The notes beneath the pieces were generated by a model. It did no database searches. It was not told the origin of the DNA and was given only the letters and a program-made list of their open reading frames with translations. Of a stretch of DNA of 64,000 nucleotides, positions 51,003-62,325 are shown in pieces. The DNA comes from Chrysemys picta bellii. Taxonomy: Eukaryota. Location of the stretch: contig NC_088814.1 of the NCBI RefSeq assembly GCF_011386835.1, forward strand, positions 6,014,001 through 6,078,000. Direction: 5' to 3'. The position numbers and the translations under genes were made by a program. Within the stretch, counting starts at the first letter, position 1. Each line of letters opens with the position of its first letter.

Positions 51003-54000
51003 AAACCCCATTGACCTCAATAGCAGTTTTATCTTAAGCCAGAATTGAGTAAGGATTGTAGGATTTGATCCAGGATTTCTGAGCCAAGAGGCCAATATGG
51101 CGTCTGTGCACAATATGTACCCTATATTGTCATTTAAGAGAAATTCACTGTGTCATGCAGTTTTTCTTTTCAATAGATAAGGGCAATATAGAGTGAATAA
51201 AAAGTTGGGAGTGAACTTCATAGCTACCGAGAGATTGAAGGGCGAGATTCCAAGATAACCCCAAATATCCTAGCGTTCATTCTGCAGCTGTGAAGAACAT
51301 TCAGCATTAAATAATTATAACCAAGCTAATAACTGATTGAAAAGGAATAAAAAGAGACAGGAAACAGAAATCAAAACTCAGCATGAAACAAACAGGATGT
51401 TTACATTTACACAAGTCTAAGAGGTTATGAAAGGAAATTCAGTCAGGGGTGCTTGCAAAACTGACGAGGAGGGCGAATAACCATCATCATCATCATCATC
51501 ATCAAAAAGGTCCCGAAGAGTAAAACATTTCTTTAAAAAAGTGAAATAAGTTTCTGTAGCCTAAAAGCAGAAGGATCTACCTTTACCATTTCCTGTGCTG
51601 CCTCTGAGTCTGAATACCGCCGTCTGTTCAAAATCCGCAAGTGGTGAGAGGGGGGGAAAAAATTCCTGGTCTGAAGAGAAGCAAAACAACTTACACATGT
51701 GGGCAATTTTCCAAGAAACGAAACTTTACTCTGGCTAAAAACACAATCCGAAATGAGGTTTGTAATCTTAGCAGTTAATAACGCATTTAGACGCCTGGTA
51801 CAGTAAAACCTTGTGTGCCTTTTAAAGGACAAGCTGTGGGAAAGAAAATTAAAATAAAGTGGCATTGTTGCTTTGAACCAGTAGTGTGGATGCTAGAATC
51901 TTTCGCCCTTTGAAATAATATTATAAAGTGTTTGAAATAAGTGGGGGTCTGCGTCTCCTCTGGTTGCATACGGATTTCCACACGCATGGAACTCCATTGA
52001 CTTCAGTAGAGTGGCTGCTGGGTTAGTGGGATCCGAATTGGGTCTTGGGATATAATTGGGACCCAGACATATTATTGGAGGGGAAGAGGGAAATGGAATT
52101 AACAAGCCGTGGTAGTGAGAGAAGGCCGGTGGCTTCCACCCAGGGACAGAAGGAAAAGAAAAGCACACTAGAATTAGGTCGTTAAATAATTGCTTCAATA
52201 AAATCTATGGCATGAGACCTTGCAAAAAAAAAAAGGGGGGGGCGTCTTTCAAATAGCTATTTTTACAGCACTTTGCCAACAGCTTAGACTCATACTGAAT
52301 GGAGTTGAGAGAATTTTAGGCAGGCTGGAACGCTGCGAAAGAATAAGAAGTTGGGGTTTATTGTTGCATTTAAACAAGAGTTGTTCATTGTCATTCGTGT
52401 TTGTGGCGGGGTGTGGGGGGTGGAGAGCAGGAGTTGATGTTATTTTGGAAACGAATCAGTTATTATACGGAGCTTTCTGTAGCAATCCCAACATCGCTGC
52501 TTCTTCAGGTGAAGTCGCTCTGATCCTTCTGATTTGGAATGAAAAGAAAACAAATCGCTTCAGATACAAGCCAGGCAAATCAGATGCATCATGGCAACTA
52601 GTTTTTAATTCACAAATAGGATGTTTCCCCTTTTTCCTTCCCACCGCCCTTTGGAAAATAGACTCAGTTCTGTTTTCAACCAAGTGGGGGGGGGGAGGGG
52701 GGAGCAGATTCTGATCTCAGTTACAGCACTTGCATCAGCTGCAATGAACCTTGCTGCTGTCTTTACATTGGTACAAGTGAGATCAAAATCTGGAGGCCAT
52801 GCGTTTACAAGACAGGTTAGTGTTCGCCTTATGGGGAGACTATTACCTAATCGTTGATTATTAACTTTGCAAGATTGTTCATTTCCGGCGTGATGTTCTG
52901 GTGATAATATAAATATCACCTTGTTTCTATTATAAAGACTCACAGAACTTGTTAAAAGTATGGACTGCAGATCGTTTTATGCTGACTCCCCCCCCCCTTT
53001 TTTTTTCTCTCAATGGCTGCTGGTTTAATAGGGAAGATGGGCACATTGCCTACAACAATCACTAGTTGCAGGGATAAAGCATGCCCCCGGTTAAAGGCTA
53101 TAAAACAGTTTTTTACCATTCCGACCCTAGAATAAACTGAATTCACAGCAATCCCTCTGCTACAGAAGAAATAGCAGAGGATATTCTAAACTTGGATATC
53201 ACCTCTATCCTTAGTCATTCGAAACTCAAAGTATGAGGCAAGCACAACTAAAAAATAAATCTCGTCCCAGACGATATAATATTTACTTTTATGCTCATTT
53301 CATAATCTGACATGCAGAAAGGTATTTCCCTTCTTTGATATCATTACATAGTATAGATATAGTTTTTAGGAGCCTACTAACGTGGAATATCTTAGGTTAC
53401 CGAGAAATAACTTTGATCAATATTTCTACCCCAGTGGAAGGCTTGTCTTTACAGACTTTTGCATGCATTGTTCTTGGTGGGCTTCATTTGAAGATCATAT
53501 GTTTTAAGTTAAACGATAAACTTTTGTTTGACTACTAAAATGAAAGCAAATTATCTACAGCCACACATGGAGGCGCGTGTGTACCCACCTGTATCAATAT
53601 TTTTCATTTACCAGTATCGAAAACACCAGTGTGTTGCATAGCATCTGGAGTACATAAGTAGCATCTTATATATTCCATATTGTGTTAAACTGATATAGTA
53701 GCTATCATGTCTATTTCGAATTTAGGTAGAGAAGAAACAGGAGAACTCACAGACAACCGACTGCACGTTATCATTCGAACTATGTATGATCATAGTGAAA
53801 TAACTGAAATAGAAAGTTATAGTTGTATAGCATTTTTGCAATAGGGTTTATAATGAACATAACTTAATAATATGGGGCCACTGAAAAAACCTGGAAGGAA
53901 TTTTAGTGTGTTCCCTGAACTAATATTTTATAATTTAAGCATAGGTGTGGATTTCTTATTCCAAAAATAAAAAAAACTTCCTTCCCTTTATATACATAAA

Positions 54001-54390
54001 GGAATTAGAGAATATCTTTGTAAGAAGTCTCCCGTCGGGAACTGATCCTGATCCCATTGAATTTAGCAGGAGCAGGATGGAACCCTTCATAAGTTGTTAA
54101 TTGTTTTGTGCGTCGTTATACATTCTTGCAAACTGGCACTGATAAAATAGAATTTTTTGGGAAAAAACAACAACCCTGCATACATAATCTCTGGTTTTTA
54201 TTATTATTTTTTGCAAAACTAATAGGGATCCTTGCCAACTTGCTTAGCCCCTAGGTGCTAAAAATTCGTTAATATGGCTTGAGCTGAAAATAAATAAATA
54301 AATAAACAAACAAACAAACAAACAAACGTACCTATCATTTTCCTCTGATCCAACTGCCCTGAATAAACAAAATCGAGGAGAATAACTGGA

Positions 54391-54460
54391 GTAAATCAGG
54401 TAGTTTTATGTTCTTGTGTTTAAAAATAAAACCCCAACAACATGAAACTACCTAATTCAC
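54391..54460 (-). ncRNA. MIR196A1: miR-196 precursor hairpin (mir-196a-1 position); mature 5p TAGGTAGTTTCATGTTGTTGGG at 54454-54433
   Basis: Exact mature miR-196a sequence with a complementary arm forming a stem-loop, at the canonical location upstream of Hox9. Confidence 0.97.
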
Positions 54461-57293
54461 AAAGCAGTTCTAGTTCATTCCTGGGTCAAAGGCTAAAATT
54501 ACCAAGAAAGGCGCCTGGGCGGCCATTTTGTTTGACATCACTTGCAATCTGAACTTTTATAAAAGAAAACAGTTGCTAGGAAACAAAAGCAACAAAAGGA
54601 TCTTTTCAAAGACAAAAAACCCCTACGATTTCACGAAATATCTATTCAGATTATTTCCTATGTACAGTGTCTAGAACGGATCTCTCCTGCAGGAGTTTAC
54701 AAATAGTTTACAAATAGACTAGAGGAAACAGTAAAATACTATTGACTTTGAGAAACAAACGATTATCTCAGCTATAAATAGAGCACAAAAATTTCTCAAG
54801 CTTTTAATAAAAGCAATTGAAAGCATCTTTTTCCATGTGAAAATGTTTTTTGAATAATCTGATTTTTGTTTAAAAAAACCCAAGTATTTGGATAACTTCC
54901 TTTTGACAATAACATTAAAATAAAACCAGTGAATTCTGGAAATCAAAAAATCATAATTAATTTCTCTCTCACCCCCCCCCCCAAAAAGTAAGTATAACTT
55001 GATCCAAGATTTTCAAAGTTTGAATCGATGGGAACAATAGAAAAAGCACCGCCACATCTATTCTATCGCTATAATTTAGCAACTCTAAGGAACTCGTCCC
55101 TTTTTTGCATTGAATATATAAATGATGTGTTTATATAAAATAATTACCAATTTTATAAAGGGGAAGTATTAAACCTAGCAAGCTGAGGAGAGGGTGAGGA
55201 AAGATGGTTGGATAACAGCCCCAAACGGAGTTTTTGCTGAGGTTCAAGGTTCTGTGAGATTTCCTTAATTCTTAGAAGACTTTTAGAACTTTTCAAGCAC
55301 ATGAAACAATTTAAATTTAGATTCCCTTAAAAATATATAACACTGAGATTTTCTACTTCAGTTTTCCCGCTGCCATCATTTTGAAATGTCATAAAATATA
55401 AATTAAATGTCTTACCTCGTGTGCTGTATACTTTTATAAGTGGATTAAATAAATCAACTCACTCGAAAGGCAATAAAGCAAAGATAGCCGTGTTTCTAAA
55501 GGGCAAGTTTCCTAGCGTTTAAAAGTTCATTAGAAGAAAAACCAAACAAACCAAACGCACCACAACAACGAGTCCGAGTTCAAGAGACGCAGGGAGGAGC
55601 CTGAAACTTGACTATAACTTAGTTTGATTTCATTAGCAAAGCCTTTAAAAGACTGGACGGGATGGTATATAAATCTATTGTACCGGAAATACAATAAAAC
55701 TTAGCCCTGTTGTTGAACTTCAAACAGTTTACATCACATCAGGCGGTGAAGAGAAAGAAAACACAGATTTAAAAGAAAACACCACACCACCACCATCCTA
55801 CCATACATCATAAAAGGAGAAATAACTTAGGATCCGAATATCAAGCATGCTAGGTTTTTATTTTTGTGCAATATTAGACCTCTTTTTGAAAATTACAAGA
55901 CAGAGGAAAAAATATTAGTAGACATCTTTGGCGGCGACTGCGATTTAAAATCAAGATGTATTTTTTTATTTCAAATGCATCATTTCACTTTTGACCACAG
56001 TCATGACTGTGCACCAGAGAAGGGGCAGGTTCAAGTTTAAATCAAACTCTGGGGGGAAAAAAACCAAAAGGCTATATTACTATCAAACTTTATTTGCGTT
56101 TCATTGACAAATAATCCACACCCCACACGTGTCAAAACGTCTTATATTGAATTCTATCTGCTGCACCGACTTTTTAAAATTTGAAACCACGAGGTCAGAC
56201 ATTTTCATTCCCCTTCTTCGAAGCTTCCAGCACTAGAGTGACTTTGGTATTGAGAGCTCATCCACTTATACAAAACAACAAACTGGAAGAATATGTTTAT
56301 AATTGAGCTTTCGCTGCTCAAATTTGGAAATTAAAGACCCCCCCCCATTAAATGACAGACTGAAACATTAATTAGACGACCTAGATACGTGTGAAATACA
56401 AAGCTTCGTGTGCCATATAATTTCAAGGCCAGGTTTAAAATAAATAACGCAGAGTTTAATAATAATAATAATAAAGCGACATAAGCTATATATTGGGTTT
56501 AATCCTTGAGCTGCAATAACATTTTACAGTAATGGGACTCCCCCCTCCCCCCTTTCTGGCTGTTGCGAAAGTTCTTCAAAATGTTTTAAAATTAGGCGTC
56601 ACAGACCAGCTAGTGCTCTTATATAGTTAATGGATATCTTAGCTATAGGACAACTTCCACTCATCAAGAGATACGTGCTAAAATTAATAGGCAAGGGGAA
56701 ATGAAAGTCTATGCGTATATATCAATATATGTATATCTGTGTATGTATCTATTTTATATATATGCTTTTGACTCTTAAGTTCTCATTATGGGTTTCCTTG
56801 TGCTTTATTTAGACCTTCACAACGCTATGTTTTTATTAAAATATTGTTATAACAGCTGTTTGTCAGGGTTCCCATCCATCAGAAATGGCCTCTGGGAGTA
56901 TTTGTCATCAGTTCCGTAAGAGTGGTGAAATATTTTCAACCAGAATGTGTTACATATGGAAGGCGCTTATCGCATTTATATGGATAAGATTAAAAAGTTG
57001 GCTTAAAAAACCCTTACAGTCTAGCGTTGTACGAGCTCCATTCCAAAGAAATGTCAGTGGGGCTATTACTTTAGAGTGAATTCTTTTTAACTCTGTTTGA
57101 GCCTAAAGGATATATCACAAACAAAAAAACCCTACGTCGGAATATTTCTTAACCACGTGGTTTAGAAGATAATAAAATATATATTTGAAACCCCTTAACA
57201 TTGTTACAGCCGCGGTAACAAAGGAAAAAATAAATATTACCCCTCCTTTTCTTCCCCCCAAATTGATTTGCGTTGGTTTTATTTAGTCACTTG

Positions 57294-57571
57294 TCACAAT
57301 GAGAACTGAGCTGTTAAATTCTGGTAGTACCCTATTATCTCTAGTCGTTTTTTTTCAGTTTCATCCTGCGGTTTTGGAACCAGATTTTGATTTGTCTAAT
57401 CTGTGAAGTTGACACTTCGTCTGACCTCTAGGCGGCGCTCTCTGGTTAAATACATAAAGAAGAATTTCTTTCCCAGCTCTAGCGTCTGGTATTTAGTATC
57501 AGGGGTTCTTTTTTTCTTTCCACCCTTTGCAGTCAGCCAGCTGCCAGTTATAGGTTCAGCTTTTGTATCCT
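57294..57571 (-). pseudogene. Hoxb10: HoxB10 relic, exon 2 (degenerate group-10 homeobox with frameshifts)
   Basis: Acceptor acttggcag|AG, then [57 protein letters not shown], a +1 T (creating TAG), then [16 protein letters not shown] and further slips, then [25 protein letters not shown] and RMKLKK are group-10 signatures. It sits in the Hox10 slot just 5' of miR-196. Confidence 0.9.
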
Positions 57572-57612
57572 CTGCCAAGTATAAGACAAACATGTGTAAC
57601 TGTGTTTTGATG

Positions 57613-57614
57613 GA

Positions 57615-57668
<54 letters not shown>
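57613..57668. repeat. (GAAA)14 microsatellite, reading (TTTC)14 on the minus strand just upstream of the relic acceptor
   Basis: Direct reading. Confidence 0.95.
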
Positions 57669-57670
<2 letters not shown>

Positions 57671-60600
57671 ATTGGACAAAATTAGATTAATTTTCTATTC
57701 ATTAAAAAAAAAACAGAAAAAGCAACTAATTTGTCCACTTAAAAATCAAAACTAGTTCTCTGTGGACCAAATTCAGAGGAAGGTTCTTGAATTTAGACTG
57801 CCAGTAACAGTCTGTTAGCTCCTTTTTCACTGAACTCAGGTATCTGTTGTAAATCCAAGATAAACGAAATTGAATTATGCTTTTAAAAAAAGTTTCTGTA
57901 AGGCATGGAATAACCAAGATTTTCCAGTCACAAGCAGTTTTACATGAGATAGCAACCCAGGAATGACATTAAAACCAGAAGCCTTTATATTACACAACTG
58001 CATATTTGTACCTTGTTCTTATTACCAGCGCAACCCACTTTATTATATTATTATTCACTGATGTTCAGACGTACATAAAGTAAGCACATGCATCACATTT
58101 TGCCAGGCTTACAATACAGACTCAAAGACTAACGCCGCAGCATCACAAATGGCGATTAGCAAATGAATACAAGGTGCGCAGGGAAATAACCATGATCAGA
58201 GATAATGACGCGACACAGCCTTCATCTCCGAAATTTAGAAGAGAAAGCGATTGGCTGGAAATGTCCACAGGCTATGTAAGACTCCAAGGACCAGTGAAAA
58301 TCATATCCAGTATAAAATGTCATATCCCACCTTTAGGTGAGCATGTACCAGAATAAAAGCGTGGTGGAAAAAAATTAAGGGGGAAAAAGATACAATATCA
58401 TCATATGAAAGAGACACCATCAATTTGTAATTTATGGTCAAATTTTTTTTTAAGCTAACGGTAGCTTCAGGTATTAGACCTACTCCTGAATCCCCCTGCC
58501 AAATTTTTTGTGGTTTTACAATTACATGTTAACAATTTATTATTTAGTATTATTATTAACAATAATAATATTTGACCTCCTGTGGTGGGAAAGTTTCCCA
58601 CAAAGCAAAGGAGAAATTGACTATGAAAAGTGAACCTGACTAGACACAAGTTGGTGCTGTCAAATGCGCCCAGTTAAAAAACAATTCTCAGTCTAATCTC
58701 TTTCAGTCATTTTAGGAGATAGGTGCAACAATAGAAAGTCAACATGAAAAAAGAGTGATTTAAAAAACAAAATCGACGGTGTCCATTTAAGTGAGTCAAA
58801 GAACTCAATAGGAAGCCATTCGACACGCCATTTTGGTCCGTCCAGCATACACCTGAACATATTGAAAAACAGCTGTCAGTAAATATGTTTCCAGGGACTA
58901 AAATCATTTCTAGACTGAGTCATTTTCTGGATAGAAAATCCTAGTATCCGACCCATACTTTATATGTCACGATAGCATGATCACGTCCCCCCAGTATCTA
59001 AAGAATTAAGCAAATCGAAATGTAGGAGCAAATTCTGCTCTCCGTGATATAGAGCCTTGTACTTAAGAGCAGAATCAGGTCTCCCAACTGCGGAGGGGAA
59101 TTTTTCAGACACTAAGAAATATATAAAAAAACCTATGGACGTGGTTCCATTACAGTTAAAAGTTTTCTCAAAATACATCTCTTACTGTCTGCAGACGCTA
59201 AATATAAGTGAACGCTTTGTAAGGAAGATAAAAAACAAACGTGTTCCTCTGTAGCAAGGCACAAACACTAAACTTCAGGTTTTGTTTGCTGCTTTCTTTT
59301 TAATGTATTAGAGGTCAATAGCCTTGCTTCTGTGGCTAATATGGACATATTTAAACACAATAATTGAGTTTTAAATACAGTTGGGGTTAAATTGATTATC
59401 ATATGAACTCCAATCCTTAAATTCAGCACCTAACTTTAGTCACATGAACAATCCCTTAGACAACTCACGTGAGTAAAGTCTTTCATGTGCTTGGCAGGAT
59501 CGAGCTCTCAGTGTGGAAAAAAAAAACAACCAAACTTTATTTTTAAATCTTTATTGGTCTCTGCAGATGCTGCAAAGTTACTGACTCAGTCAATTGAAAT
59601 GTTCTTTAATTAGTAGTAGAGTATTTTGGCAGAGTGGCTAAGCCTTAAAAAGTAATTTAGCAGCAGGTACAGCATAATATAGGAAACATTAGGTTGATTG
59701 CCATTAAATAATGGAAATTACCAAAATGTTTTAAACAAACTTATTTTATGATCCAATGAGCAGTCAATCTGTATATGCACATTTAACTTTACCAAATTAA
59801 ACTTTTAGTCTAGTTGCTTCACATATAGCCTCAAGGGATCATAGTGTAGACCTTTTTTTTCCAGGCATTCACCTACCCCCCCCCAAAAAATCGAAAGATC
59901 ACAGCATTACCTATTTTCAGGGTTGGGTTTTTTGCTTCTATTACTTTCATCCAGTTACATTGATTCCAGGGATATTTTTTAAAGAGGTTTAAATCTTTCT
60001 AATAATTCCCCGTTGTCAAGAATTAGAAATGCTGACTGGCAAAGGCAGTCAAGGAAACATACAAAACTATGCTCTTATTTCAATAAAACATTCAAATTGC
60101 CCATATCAGGTTAGTTTCAGAGGGGAATACAGTTAAAAATTCATAGATTAATGTGTTTAAATAAGCCGGTTGCACTAATAGGTCTTTTTCACGGTTTTCA
60201 ACACTTAGTAGAAAACTATAAAAAGTAGGGAACTGCCAGGAAATTGAATTTAAAGTTACAATAATTATGAAGCAAATGTATATCGATCTATCTAAGCTTT
60301 ATGGAGAAGCGGCACTATAGACGTGGAGAGGAACATAAACCGGACTAGTTCTCCCGAAGTAAGTGGACTTGGCAGTCCTGTTGAAATGACCGCATAGTTT
60401 CAAGTCTAAACTAAGAGACAGCCCTTCTTGTCCACTAAAATGATAGCAATTAAATAACCAATATAAACAGCGTCGTTAAAAATATATCAGGAAGCAAAGA
60501 TATTAGGATGGCTTTGTGAAAATAAAAAAGGTAACTTAGTTAAAGCTAGGTACCTCGTTAAAAGTGCAACCTCACAATTTCTTATTTGGTATTTTTATTC

Positions 60601-61500
60601 TGAAGATCCTGGTTGCAGTTTAAGAAATCCCCACCCTCACATACACCCCGCCGTAGAAAAGTGGCATTTAAATAGTTGGGACGAGTCCACATTTTTGCAT
60701 AGCCTTGATTATTTCATTTTAATTCGATGTCTAGGGTCGAAAGAGATAGTTGTGTTTTTTTTAAAGCCATGCTTGATTATGGACTGGAACGATAACCTCC
60801 CTCTCCCCAAATACAGACATGCTAAGGGAGACAAACATGGGGTGGGGATTTTGCCTCAGATCCTGACATTGGGGGGAAAGGAAGGCAAGGCTGTCTTTAG
60901 GTAAATATTTCAGAGGATTGGAATGAAATGCTAATTAAAAAAACCAGGTCTAACTGGCAGTGCACGTGGCTTAACTGCCTTGGAGTTTCCTACACAGGTG
61001 TCTGAAAGTCTGATGAAAAGAATGCAACATTTTTTGGACTCTACACATGGGAAATGACCAGCGCTCAGCAGGTTTTGAAAGAAACCCTCCAAATTAGTTC
61101 TCCGGTCGCCTACCCACCTTTATTCCAAACTGACTTACCTGTCTGTCTATGACTTTGGACCTCTTAGCTAGAAGAATATCTAAAAAGAATGTTTTTTTCG
61201 TTCAGGGTACCTCTTAGCCATCGCGAAAAAAATTAATCTTTCCAAGCTCTGGGTTATTTTATTTTTAAATCTTTCCTATGGGCCCACTCAGGAATGAGGG
61301 CTGTAATTGAGTCTGGCATGCATGCTTGGGTGCTGTAAATTAATTTTTAACTAAAGGGTCATTGTGTTAGTGAGGGGGGGGCGCCCCCCTTCCCCCACCC
61401 CACCCCCAGCTCCTTGGCAGTCTGGCTAAAAATCACCTTGTTTTGACTGCAAACCTGCTTTTTACCTATACAGTTGCTTTTCTTTTCTTTCCGTACCCAC

Positions 61501-62325
61501 CTTGTATTTCTTGCGACGTTTGGTTGTCTGTAGGCCTGTCTAACAGTGGAGCCTCCTGGAGAAAAAAACGCTGCTCTTCCGTTTTATCCTTCCCAGATGA
61601 CCCAGAGCCGGGTTTCAGTTTAATGGACGCTTCATAATCCCCCTTGACAGTGTCCGAGCAAGATGACGCAGGGCTACTTTCTCGCCGATGTCCATGAGCA
61701 GCAGGGGGGGTGAAATCAGTAGGCAACGAAAGCACCTGGGAACCTGCCGGCTTGATGCCTACCTGAGGCTGTGACGAGCTGTCGATGCTTTGACAAGGTC
61801 CAGTCCCGGGGCTGGTGGTGGACTCAAGCCTGGAGAAGGAGGACCCCTCTGGCTGGGGGGCTGGATAGTTCTTAGCATCAAATCCCAAACTGGACGCCTC
61901 GTCTTTGCCTCTGGGTGCGCACCCACAGGGATCTCTGTGCTGGGGACCACCGTGCCCTGCCGGGTCCCCCCAACCTGGGTGGAAGGGAGGAGGAAGGTAC
62001 CGCAGCAGTCCTGGCTGGTGGCGACTCATCTCACTCCCAAAGGAGGTAAGGGAAATGTTTCCCCCCAGTTTGCAATGGGAAGAAGGGGAGGGTGGAAGGG
62101 GGGGGGAAGATGGGGGCCGAGAAGCAGCTGTCACTGATTGCTTTGGGGACTAGCACTGAGGGGAGGGTAGCCTGCACCAGGAGCTGCACCGGGAGCTGTG
62201 GGGCTGAGGCTGTGACAAAATATACTTTTGGGGGAAGGGGAAAAGGGTCTCTGGCAGTTGACTTATCTGTTAGAAAAGGCGTCTGCGAGCAACTTCCGGT
62301 GAGCGAACCAATCCGAGGTGGACAT
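61501..62325 (-). pseudogene. Hoxb10: Candidate HoxB10 relic, exon 1
   Basis: GC-rich island. ATG at 62325 gives MSTSDWFAHRKLLADAFSNR*, with the same spacing as the group-10 N-terminus MSCSxSPAANSFLVDSLIS. A 211-codon open stretch (62134-61502) ends at donor CAA G|GTGGGT, phase 1, matching the acceptor at 57571. Confidence 0.6.

Noticed and set aside
57396-57593. 65-aa ORF read as an intact small homeobox gene
   Set aside because: Its ATG lies in intronic sequence upstream of the acceptor, and the frame stops before helix 3. It is part of the pseudogene exon.
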